A DNA stretch of 64,000 nt from Candidatus Bathyarchaeota archaeon (GCA_963767735.1 CAVYES010000004.1:480001-544000); one strand, 5' to 3'; shown: positions 9,976 through 21,353, counted from the stretch's first letter. Translations and numbers: made by a program. Notes: a model not told the origin generated them from the letters alone.

Positions 9976-11345
9976 ATGAGAAACTTCAAAGATGCGTCTT
10001 GGAAAGAAAACGTAACAAAGGTAATTCAAGCAAATACAGTGAACAAGAAATTAAATTCATTCGACTTCAATTCACAGACATTAACGGTATGTTAAAGAAT
10101 TTGGCTGTAAGCTCAAAAAACATTGAGTCAATATTTGAAAACGGCCAATCTTTCGACGGATCCTCCATAACAGGCTACAGGCCTATTGAAGAATCAGACA
10201 TGGTGCTGTACCCTGACCCAACAACCTTCGCGGTTCTGCCTTGGCGACCAAAAGAAAAATCATCTGCGCGGCTGATCTGCGACATTTACACTCCCCAAAA
10301 CAAACGTTTCGAAGGAGACCCACGGTACGTTCTTGAACGAGTCAGTCGATAAAGCGTCCAAAGCAGGCTACACATTCATGTGTGCTCCAGAACTGGAATT
10401 TTTCATAGTGAAAGAAAGCGAAACTGGAGGTTTGCCGACGCCGATAGACATGGCGGGTTACTTTGATTTTCATCCTGGCGACTTAACGGACGATTTGAGA
10501 CGTGAAATCGCTGACACTGCTGAAGCTTTCGGCATAGAAATAGAGATTTCTCATCATGAAGTTGCACTTGGGGCAAAACGAAATTGACTTCAAATATGAC
10601 GAAGCCTTGAAAACGGCTGACCGAACTATTACTATGAAAATGTGCGGGAAAGTGGTTGGCGCAAGAAACGGCTACATAACCACGTATATGCCTAAACCCT
10701 TCTCAGGCATAAACGGTTCAGGAATGCACACTCACCAAAGCCTCTGGAACAAAAACGTGTCGCAAAACCTCTTTTACGCAGACGATGAGAAAAACGGTTT
10801 CCTCTCAGACTTAGCAAGAAACTTTATCGGCGGGCAACTGGCTCACGGACGCAAAATGTGCGCAATCCTAGACTCATGGCCAAACAGCTTCAAACGATTA
10901 GTCCCAGGCTACGAAGCACCAGTATATCTTGCTTGGGCACACAAAAACCGTTCCCCGCTTATCCGCGTACCAAACTTTGGCGGAAGAAAAAACGCTGCCC
11001 GATGCGAAATCCGCTGCCCAGACGGCGCAGGAAACCCATATCTGCAGTTTGCAGTGCTTCTCGCGACTGGTTTAGACGGCATCAAAAACAGGATTGACCC
11101 AGGCGACCCAGTGGAATTAAACGTTTACCAAATGACCTATGAAGAACGCAAAGAACGAAACATCGTTTCCCTGCCAGAATCCCTGCAAGAAGCCCTAGAC
11201 GAGCTGGAAACCAGCGATTTAATGCGTGAAACACTAGGCGAAACCGCATTCGACAAACTTCCTGAGTGAAAAACGCAGAGAATGGGACCTCTACCGCACA
11301 CAAGTCACCGAGTGGGAAGTCAACCGCTACATCAAACGACTCTAA
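9976..11345 (+). CDS. glnA: Glutamine synthetase type I (about 4 frameshifts, probably sequencing indels)
   Basis: FDGSSI, PELEFF, HHEVA-GQNEI, FMPKP-like TYMPKP..GSGMH, KRLVPGYEAP, NRSPLIRVP, EIRCPD spread over consecutive frames. Confidence 0.92.
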
Positions 11346-11456
11346 GCCAAAACGGCTTATTTTTCTTTCTTTTAATTGTTTTTGTTGTGTCAATGTTGTA
11401 GTCACAATTTCTTATTTTTAGGTCTAAGTAACTGTGTGACTAGAGGTGATTCATTT

Positions 11457-11762
11457 ATGGAAATGAACCAGAAAGCGGACCCTTTGGTGTCGGCTAAAAA
11501 CGTTTACAAGTTCATAAATGAAAATGACCGAATGCGCGTTCTCAAAGTAACTTTCAAACCTGGCGATACAGCTAAAATGCATCATCATCCTCAACACATG
11601 GTTTATGTTTTGAAAGGTGGAAAACTAAAACTTATCTCAGAAGGCAAAACCCAAGAGATGGATTTGAAGGAAGGCTCCGCTGTTTTCTTAGATGCCCAGA
11701 ACCATGAAGCAACAAACATTGGCGACACAGTGATTGATTTGTTAGTTGTAGAATTGAAATAA
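11457..11762 (+). CDS. Cupin-domain protein
   Basis: MHHHP..VYVLKGG..HEATNIG..VVELK. Confidence 0.85.
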   Translation: MEMNQKADPLVSAKNVYKFINENDRMRVLKVTFKPGDTAKMHHHPQHMVYVLKGGKLKLISEGKTQEMDLKEGSAVFLDAQNHEATNIGDTVIDLLVVELK

Positions 11763-11806
11763 TAGCTACTATTGTGCTTGCTTTCAACTCTTATTTTTGT
11801 TATTTT

Positions 11807-13080
11807 TTAGTCCTTGATTTTTTCAGTCAACTCTTTAATTGGACGGTTGTTTGTTCCCGTTTAGCTAAATTCTTTAGCATCACAGCACCCTCTTTCAATT
11901 CTCGCTCGCCAACGATCACGGCGTAATCAACTTTGCGTTTGTCCGCATCCTCCAAAGCCTTACCCATCTTGCGTCCCATAATCTCAAACTCAACAATAAC
12001 TCCTGAAGTTCTGAGCATCTGCAGCAATTTTTAATGCTTCAACTTTCAAGGCATCATTTACTGCCAGAACAAGAACCCTTTTCTCAACCTTACCTCCTAA
12101 CGTTGCTTTTTGAGTTTGCAAAGCAAGCGCAACCCTGTCAATTCCATGTGCACACCCAACCGCTGGCGTGGGTTCGCCGCCGAACAATTCAATAAGCCTA
12201 TCGTATCTGCCTCCGCCGCCCAAAGCAATGTCCAACTCGGGAATGTAGATTTCAAAAATCATGCCAGTGTAATACTCTAAGCCTCGTGCGAACGCAGGCT
12301 CCACAACTTGAACTGGGCACCCGCTCTCTACAATGAGCTTAAGGATTTCGCCGAGGTTTTCTGCTGCCGCCTTAGCTTTCTCGCAACCAGCCACATAAGC
12401 TTTGATTTTTTCAACCGTTTCAAAACAGTCGTTGCTTTTCAGATTCAGTAATCCTTCCAGCATGCTGCGGCACTTATCTGTTGGCGCCAGCTTGAAAGCT
12501 TCCTCATACTCTTTCTTGTCCATGCGCTGCAAAATGGCGTTCTGAGTTTTTTCATCCACGCCTTCTTGGCTGAGAATGCCCCGTATGACGCCTATATGCC
12601 CGATTTTGAATGCGTAACCCTGCAAACCCAACGCTTTCATCAAACTGTTAGTTAGCAAAACAATTTCGGCGTCTGCCTCTGGCTTGGCTGAACCCATGAG
12701 TTCAAAGTTTGACTGCCAAAACTCCCGTAACGCCCCCGCTGTGGCTCATCATAACGGTAAACACTGCCCACAGAGAAAAGCCTAAGAGGTTTAGGCTCGT
12801 TTTTCAGCGCTGTCGTGGCTAAGCGTGCGATTGAGGCAGTGAATTCTGGGCGTAACGCCACTTGGCGCTCGCCGAGGTCTTTGAAGATGAACATGCGTTG
12901 GCGAATTTCCTCACCCGACTTCGCGCTTAAAAGCTCAAGCGGTTCAACTACTGGCGTTATGACTTCTTTGTAACCATAAAGCGCCGCTGTTTCTCGGGCT
13001 TTAGCGATGATGTATGTGAAGGTTTGTGCTTCTTCACCGAGTAAATCTCTCATTCCACGGACAGTTTGGAAAGTGGGCAT
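11807..13080 (-). CDS. hisS: Histidyl-tRNA synthetase (about 3 frameshifts, probably sequencing indels)
   Basis: RGMRD, LRPEFTA, YRYDEPQRGRY, ARGLEYYTG, GGGRYD, anticodon-binding domain. Confidence 0.95.
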
Positions 13081-13217
13081 AACGTTTTCTCCTTACCTGT
13101 AAACTTGCAGTGAAAATGTGCAATTGTTTGTATTTAGCTCTTGGCTTTCGAGTAGGGCACAAGCATCAATCGTGGCTTTCTGTGAAAGAAAAAGACATAA
13201 AATAGTGTGTAAGTTCG

Positions 13218-13817
13218 TTAAGGCTGCCTTATACCCAGGGCGTCCTTTGTTTCTTTAACTGTTTGTTCAAATTCGCTGTGTTCCATTGACTCTTTTATTT
13301 CATTTACCATGTGGTAGCTTCCCTGTTCAACTATGTTTTCTAAGAAGCTGAGGTCCGCAGCATCTGGCGTCAGTTCCCATTTATACTGGCGCACATCGCA
13401 TACAGCGCAATATTCAAAATCGAATTCAAAAGGTTCAGAAATTTTGCTTTCATCAAAGGCGGGTTTAAACTCAGTTCCTTTGTTCTCACCCACATCACTT
13501 AAAACTACGTGGGTTGACCGCATAACGTGTTCTCTGCATTCAATTTCAGCCAAAAGATTCTCTAAATTATCAATCTCTTTACCTGAAGGCGTTTGATCTG
13601 AATACTCGACTAGGGCTTTCCTTAAAGCATGTTTAGACGCTACTGATAAATCATCAAACGCCCATTCAGTATCATAAAAAAACTCTCTGTTCTCCGGATA
13701 TTTATCCAACAACAAATCCCTAATCTCAGAGGGCACACTGCAGCTTTCCAGCGCATTTCTAATAGTTTTAACTTCACTAAAATCCAGAAAGTTGTCTTCT
13801 TTTTCAACGTTGCTCAT
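13218..13817 (-). CDS. Hypothetical acidic protein
   Basis: About 200-aa ORF with no recognised motif. Confidence 0.6.
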   Translation of the reverse strand: MSNVEKEDNFLDFSEVKTIRNALESCSVPSEIRDLLLDKYPENREFFYDTEWAFDDLSVASKHALRKALVEYSDQTPSGKEIDNLENLLAEIECREHVMRSTHVVLSDVGENKGTEFKPAFDESKISEPFEFDFEYCAVCDVRQYKWELTPDAADLSFLENIVEQGSYHMVNEIKESMEHSEFEQTVKETKDALGIRQP

Positions 13818-14037
13818 TCGTTTATTCCTCAATTAAACGGTTGTTATGCAGATTAAAAAATTTTCCTAAACTTGAATTTTGCAATCGCGATAACGGGTGG
13901 GGTTAATTTTGAAAAGGGGCTCCATGATTTTTCGTTTACTTCTTTTAATCTGCGCTTTTTGATTGCCTCAGCCAAAAGAACCCCAGTTTGAAAGTTCAGG
14001 CGAACCACAAAGAGATCCAGATAAGTTGCCTGTGAAG

Positions 14038-14769
14038 TTAATTAAGGCGGGCAATGGGGCTTCGTATCTTGTGCGAGCCTTGTCTTGACTGCCTTAATAC
14101 CATAACTGCAGAGGATACAGATACCGCAATCATTAACGTCAGAATTGCCAATATCCAAGGAAACTCTGGAACCGTAGGGGTCGACGTAGATTTTGGAGTT
14201 GGTGAAGGCGAAGATACAATTTGGAAAACCGTAGTTGCAAAACTATGGGAACCATCATGCGTATTGGCGTAGACCGTTACTGTATGGTTTCCATCAGGGA
14301 TTTCGGTAAAGTTCACAGTTATTGAAGCATTAAGCGCGTCAACATAGTTTGGCTGAACGCCCAAAACTTGGTGAATCCCCTCAATCCAATTTGCCTCATA
14401 ATAAACACTGTCAATCACCCAAAAATACGAAGCTACGTTTACATTTAATGAAAAGTTACCTGTTTGCAATACAGTTTGATTTTCAGGAGATACTATTTCA
14501 CAGATTGGAGGTATATCTGCCTCGCGGATGGCTGGTGGCTGTATAACAGTCAAATTTGTATTCCAAGGAGTAAAAGAAACAGTTGGTTCTGGAATTGTTG
14601 GAGTTGAAACAGGTGAAGAAGTGGGTGTTGGAGTAAAGGTAGGTAAGGCGGTAGGTGTTAGAGCTAAAGCTGTGTTTGGACGTTTTAGTTCGGTAGGTAA
14701 ATCAACAGCAAAAAAAGCTACGCTAATCAAGACGGCCATAATTAAGGCTTTTATTCTTCTATCCAACAT
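14038..14769 (-). CDS. Secreted Ig-like surface protein with PEF-CTERM-type sorting signal
   Basis: Signal peptide, PT-rich linkers, DGNHTVTVYAN, VPEFP + TM + basic tail. Confidence 0.8.
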   Translation of the reverse strand: MLDRRIKALIMAVLISVAFFAVDLPTELKRPNTALALTPTALPTFTPTPTSSPVSTPTIPEPTVSFTPWNTNLTVIQPPAIREADIPPICEIVSPENQTVLQTGNFSLNVNVASYFWVIDSVYYEANWIEGIHQVLGVQPNYVDALNASITVNFTEIPDGNHTVTVYANTHDGSHSFATTVFQIVSSPSPTPKSTSTPTVPEFPWILAILTLMIAVSVSSAVMVLRQSRQGSHKIRSPIARLN

Positions 14770-14867
14770 CCTCACCAGCATTAAAGTAAGCAAAAGGTCA
14801 TTTTTAACTCTCCCCTAAGAACAATCTGTTCCGCTAAAAGAACAGCAAGTTTCTTGACCAACCATCG

Positions 14868-15188
14868 TTGAGCGAACAAAAGCGGGAAGTTATGCTGGAG
14901 ATATATTCAGATGCGGTTAACGCCGTTATGGCAGTTAAAAGCTTCCAAGCGGCTGTTGTGGATCCCAACATCAAATTTTCTACCTGGCTATTTGTCAACT
15001 CAGGCAATCCCAACACTTGCAAAAAATGCGACAATTACAGCGGCGACGAATATGAGCTTGAGGACCCTGACGATTTACTGGATATCTTCCCATACGGGAC
15101 CTTTGTTGCAGAGGACACTTTCGCCTGTAACGTTCACCCGAATTGTCTGTGCTATTGTGTTGAGCAGTCGGATTATAGGAAAACTTGA
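14868..15188 (+). CDS. Phage minor head (MuF-like) C-terminal domain protein
   Basis: W..TCKKC..HPNCLC matches the MuF CxxC...HPNCRC motif. Confidence 0.6.
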   Translation: MSEQKREVMLEIYSDAVNAVMAVKSFQAAVVDPNIKFSTWLFVNSGNPNTCKKCDNYSGDEYELEDPDDLLDIFPYGTFVAEDTFACNVHPNCLCYCVEQSDYRKT

Positions 15189-15228
15189 TCTCAATGATGC
15201 TGTCCGCTTGCTAGGCTTTAACGCAGAG

Positions 15229-15696
15229 TTATGAAAGCGTAGCTTCAGTATAGTACAATGCTTGTGGCGTTGAAACGCAAATCGCCATAATTGATTCTGA
15301 AGCGTAGTTCGAGCCGGGTACTATGAGGTTAGCTTGGAGGATATCGCCGCTTTTTAGGTCATAATTAAGAGACGTTGCCGCATTAACGATAGTACCATTT
15401 AAGTAAATGGTTAAGCCTGCGACGTTTTCTTGGCTTACTTGGTTAACAAGAAACTTATCTAATTGGGTAGGGACAGCCGCTGTATTCGTAATTGATAATG
15501 AGACATTGTAAAATCCGTTATTTTCTGAAATACCCTGCATATTTAGGCTTAAACTTTCAGGTGGCATTCTAATGCTAATTGGCGGATTTGTTATAGCTGA
15601 AATTTGTGGGGTTAATACTATGAACAATAGGCAGGCTACTCCAAGTGCTATAATACATATTGAAATGATATTCGTCGCTGTAGACTTTTTCACCAT
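15229..15696 (-). CDS. Membrane-anchored Ig-like/pilin-like protein
   Basis: N-terminal TM followed by a beta-rich domain (LSITNT..LKSGD). Confidence 0.6.
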   Translation of the reverse strand: MVKKSTATNIISICIIALGVACLLFIVLTPQISAITNPPISIRMPPESLSLNMQGISENNGFYNVSLSITNTAAVPTQLDKFLVNQVSQENVAGLTIYLNGTIVNAATSLNYDLKSGDILQANLIVPGSNYASESIMAICVSTPQALYYTEATLS

Positions 15697-16031
15697 TAAG
15701 CGCCTGCTACTTCATAAGATAATTTCCTTAAGATTATGATATGTACGTCTTAGCGGTCTCAGACACTCGGAAAAAATCCCGTATAAAACATAGAATTTAG
15801 CTGGAGAACTGCTCTTTGGAATTGATTTATGATGTCGATGTAAAAGCCAGCCTTGATGACCTAAGGAAAACAGGCATGGAAAGGTACGCGATTGATTTTT
15901 CAGTTAACAAAAACCGCTGGCAAGTACCCGACACGAACATCGACTATTTTGCTTCTATGCTACAGGAGACGCAGATTCGGGTTAATCGCCGAGAAAAAGT
16001 TGAGACCATTAAAGGTGATAATAATATTTCT

Positions 16032-16832
16032 TTACGGTTTGTATGCTTCTGCTTCTATGCGCATCATGCTTACATGAACTGTGCTATCAGCGTCTGGAGA
16101 GTGATTATTTAGATAGCGGTTAACGATTTGTTCAACGAATTTTGGTTTAAGTTCAGTTGGAAGTTTGTCTGTGAAGGGCAGCCATGTGTTTCGTATCCAC
16201 CCAGCTAAGCCTTCTGCGCCGTTAAACTTCATGTCTTTTGGAAAAAGCTCCACCTGCTCAGGCTCCAAACCCGCCTGCTTCAGGAAACTCTTGTACTCTT
16301 CTGGGTCGTAGAAGCCGTAGGGAAACGCCATTTTATGGAAATACCCTGTCCAAGGCTCCATATCCACAAGCTCGTAAATGATGTCGAGAATGTCTTTGGC
16401 GTTGCCTTTGCCCGCCATCTGAAACAGCAGCCTGCCGCCTGGCTTTAAGCTCCTCTGTACGCCCTCGAGCACGGCTTTTTGGTCCACAATCCAATGCAAT
16501 GCAGCATTAGAAAACACTACGTCAAATTGCGATTGAAAAGCCAGTTTCCTTGCATCCATCACCTGAAAAGTCAGGTTCGGGTAATCTTTTTGCGGGAAAG
16601 AGTTTTGTGCCAGGTTTATCATTTTTTCTGAGCTGTCAACGCCAACTGCCCAGCCCTCGGGTAGGCTCCGTGCGAGCTCAGCCGTGATTTTGCCGTCGCC
16701 GCAGCCGATGTCGAGTAGCGCTTCGTTTCCTTTGAGTTTTAGTTTGGGAAAAAGTTCTCTTGCCCATTGCTGCTGGTTTGCGCTGTTTTTGGCGTAGTCC
16801 TGTGCATTCCAGTTGTAAGGGGAGTTTGCCAT
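16032..16832 (-). CDS. Class I SAM-dependent methyltransferase (Tam-like)
   Basis: WNAQDY, LLDIGCGDG, FDVVFSNAALHW, LKPGG. Confidence 0.9.
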   Translation of the reverse strand: MANSPYNWNAQDYAKNSANQQQWARELFPKLKLKGNEALLDIGCGDGKITAELARSLPEGWAVGVDSSEKMINLAQNSFPQKDYPNLTFQVMDARKLAFQSQFDVVFSNAALHWIVDQKAVLEGVQRSLKPGGRLLFQMAGKGNAKDILDIIYELVDMEPWTGYFHKMAFPYGFYDPEEYKSFLKQAGLEPEQVELFPKDMKFNGAEGLAGWIRNTWLPFTDKLPTELKPKFVEQIVNRYLNNHSPDADSTVHVSMMRIEAEAYKP

Positions 16833-16843
16833 GTTTTCACTGG

Positions 16844-17395
16844 CTATTTGAATGTTAGTTGTGAGACGGAGTAGTAGACTATTTCGCCTCGGCGGTTCAT
16901 GACTGCTAGGGTTAGTTCTTTCTTTTGGTTTTGGCACTGCTGCATGGCTTCGGCTAATTCATCTATGCCGAGCGGTTTGCCCTCTTGCGTGCTCATTACC
17001 AGATAGGGCGCGGTGTCTTTGCCGTATTCGCCTCGTTCGTACATGCGAAAATCTGTTCCAGCGCCAAACCCTTCCCGCGCCACGTAACCGCGGCTTCTCA
17101 GGTCACGGTAGACAAGGTAGCTGACCCAGCCGTTCTCGTTTTTGGCTTCGTAGCAGTGCAGGAGCATTTGGAAATCCGCCACTTTGCCGCTTTCATCTTT
17201 GACTTCAAGCATCCCCTTATCCACAAGATACAATGCTTCAAAAAAGGTAAGCGTGAAAACCTTGTCCTCTAATGTGCCATACCCCCGCGAAGTAAGCGCG
17301 TCTATGCTGCTCTGCTCAGCGACCACAACGCCTTTTTTTGCAAAGGCGCCGTTTGTTCTAAATTCCGGGGGCTGCACCTTTTTGTTTTCGCTCAT
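16844..17395 (-). CDS. endA: tRNA-splicing endonuclease subunit
   Basis: EALYL, YLVYRDLRSRGY..GFGAGTDFRMY, IVYY. Confidence 0.85.
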   Translation of the reverse strand: MSENKKVQPPEFRTNGAFAKKGVVVAEQSSIDALTSRGYGTLEDKVFTLTFFEALYLVDKGMLEVKDESGKVADFQMLLHCYEAKNENGWVSYLVYRDLRSRGYVAREGFGAGTDFRMYERGEYGKDTAPYLVMSTQEGKPLGIDELAEAMQQCQNQKKELTLAVMNRRGEIVYYSVSQLTFK

Positions 17396-18422
17396 TTTGC
17401 TCTTTTCCTTCATTCTTGAACTTGCTAAAATCTTTACTGTAGTAAACTTGGGTTTCGCATATGATTGCTGACACGTATTTTAACGGGGTGATGTCGAAGG
17501 CTGGGTTCATGACGTTGACGCCTTCGGGAGCAATTTGCTGGAAACAGATCTGCGTGACTTCTTCTGGTCTGCGTTCCTCAATAATTACATCTGACGCTTT
17601 ATGCTGCAGGTCGAAGGTGGATTTTGGCGCCGCCACATAAAACGGTATGCCATGCTCATGCGCAAGAATCGCCACCGAGTAAGTTCCAATCTTGTTAACC
17701 ACGGCGTCTTGGACGATGCGGTCGGCGCCCACAATAACCTTGTTAACGAGGCCTTTGCTCATAACGTAACCCGCCATATTATCCGTAATCAAAGTAACAG
17801 GAATGCCATCGCGCTTCAGCTCATAAACCGTAAGCCTCGCACCCTGCAGCAAAGGACGGGTTTCGTCGGCGATAACCTTGATTTTTTTGCCCTCTTCCCA
17901 AGCCGCCCGAATAACACCCAAAGCGGTGCCGTACTCGACTGTTGCCAACTCACCCGCGTTACAATGGGTCAAAATAGTGTCGCCGTCCTCAATGAGCACT
18001 GCTCCGTTTTTGCCAATTGCACGGTTCTGCCTCGCATCTTCATCCGCAATTTTCTGCGCCTCCTCAATCACCGCTGCCTTTAGTTCTTCAACATTTCCTG
18101 AAAAGCCCCTTGCGACGTTTAAGACACGGTCTACGCCCCAAAACAGGTTTACGGCAGTTGGACGTTGATGTTTAATAATTGCGCCCGCGTTCTCCAGTTC
18201 AATTAACAATTTTTCTTTACTCTGCGCTTTTGAGTGGCAAACTGCTAACGCAACTCCGAATCCTGCAGCTGCACCCAACAACGGGGCGCCCCTGACGCGC
18301 AGGGTTTTTATGGCTTCAGCCATCTGCTCAACAGTTTTGATCTCTAAAGTGACTTCTTGAAGGGGGAGTTTGGTTTGGTCAATTGTAATGACCGTTCCAT
18401 CGCGCCACTGTATCATTCGCAT
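17358..18422 (-). CDS. mtnA: Methylthioribose-1-phosphate isomerase (eIF2B-like family)
   Basis: DQTKLP, VRGAP, RPTAVNL, LTHCNAG, ETRPLLQGARLT, NKIGTY, NPAFDITP. Confidence 0.9.
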   Translation of the reverse strand: MRMIQWRDGTVITIDQTKLPLQEVTLEIKTVEQMAEAIKTLRVRGAPLLGAAAGFGVALAVCHSKAQSKEKLLIELENAGAIIKHQRPTAVNLFWGVDRVLNVARGFSGNVEELKAAVIEEAQKIADEDARQNRAIGKNGAVLIEDGDTILTHCNAGELATVEYGTALGVIRAAWEEGKKIKVIADETRPLLQGARLTVYELKRDGIPVTLITDNMAGYVMSKGLVNKVIVGADRIVQDAVVNKIGTYSVAILAHEHGIPFYVAAPKSTFDLQHKASDVIIEERRPEEVTQICFQQIAPEGVNVMNPAFDITPLKYVSAIICETQVYYSKDFSKFKNEGKEQNERKQKGAAPGI

Positions 18423-18711
18423 TTTCCATGAACCTCGAACTGATTGTATTAATGCTTAGTTGAAAGCCGTTCTGTTTAAGATTTCGGAAAAAACCTTCAA
18501 TTAAATCTCGTAAGATTAACAAAATATTTGGCTTGGCAAAATTCAAAGATCCAAAAAACCTAAGTCAATGCCTATAATTTTTGTTTTTTTATCTGTGCGA
18601 ATTTTAAATAAAATATTGATTCATTTAAAATAAAAAGAGCACATGCGTCAACATAATTGACAAATATTTAGCGTAAGTGATAAATATTAACGAAAACCAT
18701 ACGAGTGGTAA

Positions 18712-20064
18712 ATGGAAACACAACGCATGTTCGACAGACTGAAGCTTGAGCTAACAGGCGACCAAGAAGGCAAATACAGAGAATTTCATCTTCGCAAAGA
18801 CATAAAGCAAGCCAGAATAGCAATACTACTTTTTGCGGTTCCTTTAATCGGTTTTGCCTTTAATGATTACCAGTTTTTCGGATTATCCCAAGAATTCTAC
18901 GGTCTCGTTGCGCTTAGATTGGGTGTGTTATTGTACACTGTTTTTGTGTTGTTTCGAATAGGGAAGGAGACGAGTTATAGGAAGTACGACCGATCCATTA
19001 CCGCATTCACTCTGATTGTTTTGATTTGTAGCGGAATCATAAATGCGACAAGACCGCAGAACTTTATTGCGCAGGTCATAATCACCATTATTGCTTTATT
19101 TGTGATATGCATGGTTGCTCCTAATCGGTTTGTTAACCAAATTGTCTTGTCATCAATCGCGGCGGTAGGTGAGGCAGCAATTGTAATATGGGTTCTGCAG
19201 CCTTCTTCCATAACCTACGTTTTCACGATATTTCTCGGTTTAATTCTAGCGTACGTTATTGCCCTATCAGGCTCATGGCAACTACACGTCTACCGCCGAA
19301 AAAGCTTCCAAGACCTAACAAAAAACATTGAACTCAAAAACGAACTCAAAAAGCATTCAGAAAACCTGGAGAAGCTGGTCGAGGAAAAAACCGTGGAACT
19401 GCGAAAATCAGAGAGGATGGCTACCATTGGGCAATTAGCCGGGATGGTGGGGCATGATTTGAGAAATCCTCTCACAAGCATAGCTGGCGCAGTCTATTAC
19501 CTAAAGAAGAAAGCTGGTCCAAAATTAAATGAAAAAGAGAAGGAGATGATAGCTACAATCGAGAGATCAGTGGATAATTCTAACAAAATAATAAGCGAAC
19601 TTCTTGACTACTCTAGGGAAATAAATCTGAATCGAAGCGAAACAGATCCACAGTCACTTTTGGAGGAGACCTTGACTTCACTCGAAGTTCCAGAAAAAAT
19701 CACTCTCGTGAACAACACAGAAAAAGAACCAACTTTCGCAGTAGATAAAGACAAGATGCAAAGGGTTTTTGTTAATTTGATCAGAAACGCGTTTGACGCC
19801 ATGCCTAACGGCGGAACATTGACAATCAGAAGTGAAAGAGTTGAAAACAAGGTTGCTTTTAGTTTCGCAGATACGGGCGAGGGAATGAGCGAAGATACTT
19901 TGCAGAAGCTTTGGACACCGCTTTTCACAACCAAAAGCGGAGGAATGGGTTTAGGGCTGCCAATATGCAAACGCTTCGTAGAAGCCCATAACGGAACCAT
20001 TGCCGTCAGCAGCATACCAAACCAAGGATGCACATTCGTTGTGAATTTGCCTATCCAAAACTGA
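18712..20064 (+). CDS. Membrane-bound sensor histidine kinase
   Basis: About 6 TM, GHDLRNPL H-box, NAFDAM, DTGEGM, GMGLGL. Confidence 0.92.
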   Translation: METQRMFDRLKLELTGDQEGKYREFHLRKDIKQARIAILLFAVPLIGFAFNDYQFFGLSQEFYGLVALRLGVLLYTVFVLFRIGKETSYRKYDRSITAFTLIVLICSGIINATRPQNFIAQVIITIIALFVICMVAPNRFVNQIVLSSIAAVGEAAIVIWVLQPSSITYVFTIFLGLILAYVIALSGSWQLHVYRRKSFQDLTKNIELKNELKKHSENLEKLVEEKTVELRKSERMATIGQLAGMVGHDLRNPLTSIAGAVYYLKKKAGPKLNEKEKEMIATIERSVDNSNKIISELLDYSREINLNRSETDPQSLLEETLTSLEVPEKITLVNNTEKEPTFAVDKDKMQRVFVNLIRNAFDAMPNGGTLTIRSERVENKVAFSFADTGEGMSEDTLQKLWTPLFTTKSGGMGLGLPICKRFVEAHNGTIAVSSIPNQGCTFVVNLPIQN

Positions 20065-20138
20065 AATCGGCTGAATATAGTCAAGTTTCTAACTAAATGC
20101 TAGCGCCGTTCTCCCCAAAAATAAAAAAAGCGGGAAAA

Positions 20139-20528
20139 TCAATCCTTGCTTCGTTGAATTAGGTCAATTAGGTTACCATAGAGGTCTTCGAAAACAACTT
20201 CAACGCCATAAGGCTGCTCTGCCGGTTCTCCGTAGAATTTTATTCCTTTAGCCTTCATTTCATTGTAGTCTCTTTGGCAGTTATCGGTTTCCAAAGTTAG
20301 AAACACATGGTCTCCCGCCTGCTTTCCCACCGCTTTAAGCTTGTCTTCGCTGTCTGCCTTCACAAAAGTTAACTCAAGGTCCGGCTGGTCTTGTGGCGAA
20401 ACAGTAACCCACCGCATATTTTCTCCAAAATAAGTGTCCTGTCGCTTTTGGAATCCAAGCTTTTCAATATAAAACTTGGCTGCTTGGTCTTGATCTTTGA
20501 CGAGGAGGGTGATATGGTCTATCTTCAT
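20139..20528 (-). CDS. VOC/glyoxalase family protein
   Basis: HITLLVKDQDQAAKFY..FEDLYGNLIDL. Confidence 0.9.
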   Translation of the reverse strand: MKIDHITLLVKDQDQAAKFYIEKLGFQKRQDTYFGENMRWVTVSPQDQPDLELTFVKADSEDKLKAVGKQAGDHVFLTLETDNCQRDYNEMKAKGIKFYGEPAEQPYGVEVVFEDLYGNLIDLIQRSKD

Positions 20529-20591
20529 TTAAGTCCGCTCACTAAGGAGTAATTGGTAACTGAAAAGAAAAATGTTATCCCAAGCTTGCAT

Positions 20592-21353
20592 TTAGGTGGA
20601 GCGGTCAAAGGGTGATTTTAGGGCTGTGACAACTTCCACCGGGGAGTCTTCGCCTGATTTTAGCCGTTTCTTCCATTCCTCTCCCACAGAGATAAGCGAG
20701 AAGATGCCTGAAACTTCAGCCTTTGATTTCTTGACGAGGGTTACGAGCGCTTCTTGTGTTTCTCCGCTTTTAATCATATCGTCAACGATCAGTACGCTGT
20801 CGCGTTTTTTGATTGCTTCTTTTGGAATGTAGAGCGTCACGGTTACGCCTGAATCTCTCCCTAAAATGTACGTTTCGTCCAGGAAGGCTTTAACGCCGAC
20901 TTCCTTGTTGCGCTTTGCAACGATAAGGTTCACGCCTAACGCGTTGGCAACCATGGTGGCTAAGGGAATGCCGTCAACGGCTGCTGTTAAAACTTTTGTT
21001 ACTCGTTTTCCGGCAAAATTTGCAAGTGCATGGTTTGCCGCTTGCTGCAAAATGTTGTAGTCGCCGACAATTTCTGTGTTATCGAAGTAACCTGCGTCGT
21101 CAAATTTTATTCTGCTGCGCAATTCGGCTTCTAAACCAACAATCTTGTTTAGAACTCGCCACAATTGCTTGGCTCTTGTTGTGTTCGGCAGCACGTGGCC
21201 TTTTGCGTAGCGGCTCAGCACGGTGACTGGTAAATCGGTTTTTGAGGCTAATTCGCGGTAAGTGATGTTGCGCTTGTATTTCGCTGTTCTCAACAGTTCG
21301 ATTGTCATTAAGCGAAGTTTCAAATCTTCTGCATGAGTGCTCAATTTTACCAT
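20592..21353 (-). CDS. HTH-phosphoribosyltransferase fusion (PurR-like regulator / APRT family)
   Basis: TYRELASKTDLPVTVLSRY HTH; VLIVDDMIKSGET PRPP loop. Confidence 0.85.
   Translation of the reverse strand: MVKLSTHAEDLKLRLMTIELLRTAKYKRNITYRELASKTDLPVTVLSRYAKGHVLPNTTRAKQLWRVLNKIVGLEAELRSRIKFDDAGYFDNTEIVGDYNILQQAANHALANFAGKRVTKVLTAAVDGIPLATMVANALGVNLIVAKRNKEVGVKAFLDETYILGRDSGVTVTLYIPKEAIKKRDSVLIVDDMIKSGETQEALVTLVKKSKAEVSGIFSLISVGEEWKKRLKSGEDSPVEVVTALKSPFDRST

Noticed and set aside
9976-13080. Multiple frameshifts in glnA and hisS (also queC, HepT, panE and the last kinase) as programmed frameshifting or pseudogenes
   Set aside because: hisS is essential, the shifts mostly fall in short homopolymers, and no shared slippery motif is visible. 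Uncorrected sequencing indels are the simplest explanation.
13890-13935. GCTCCATGATTTTTC resembling the reverse complement of 52970-52990
   Set aside because: The match is too short and gapped to support shared element ends.
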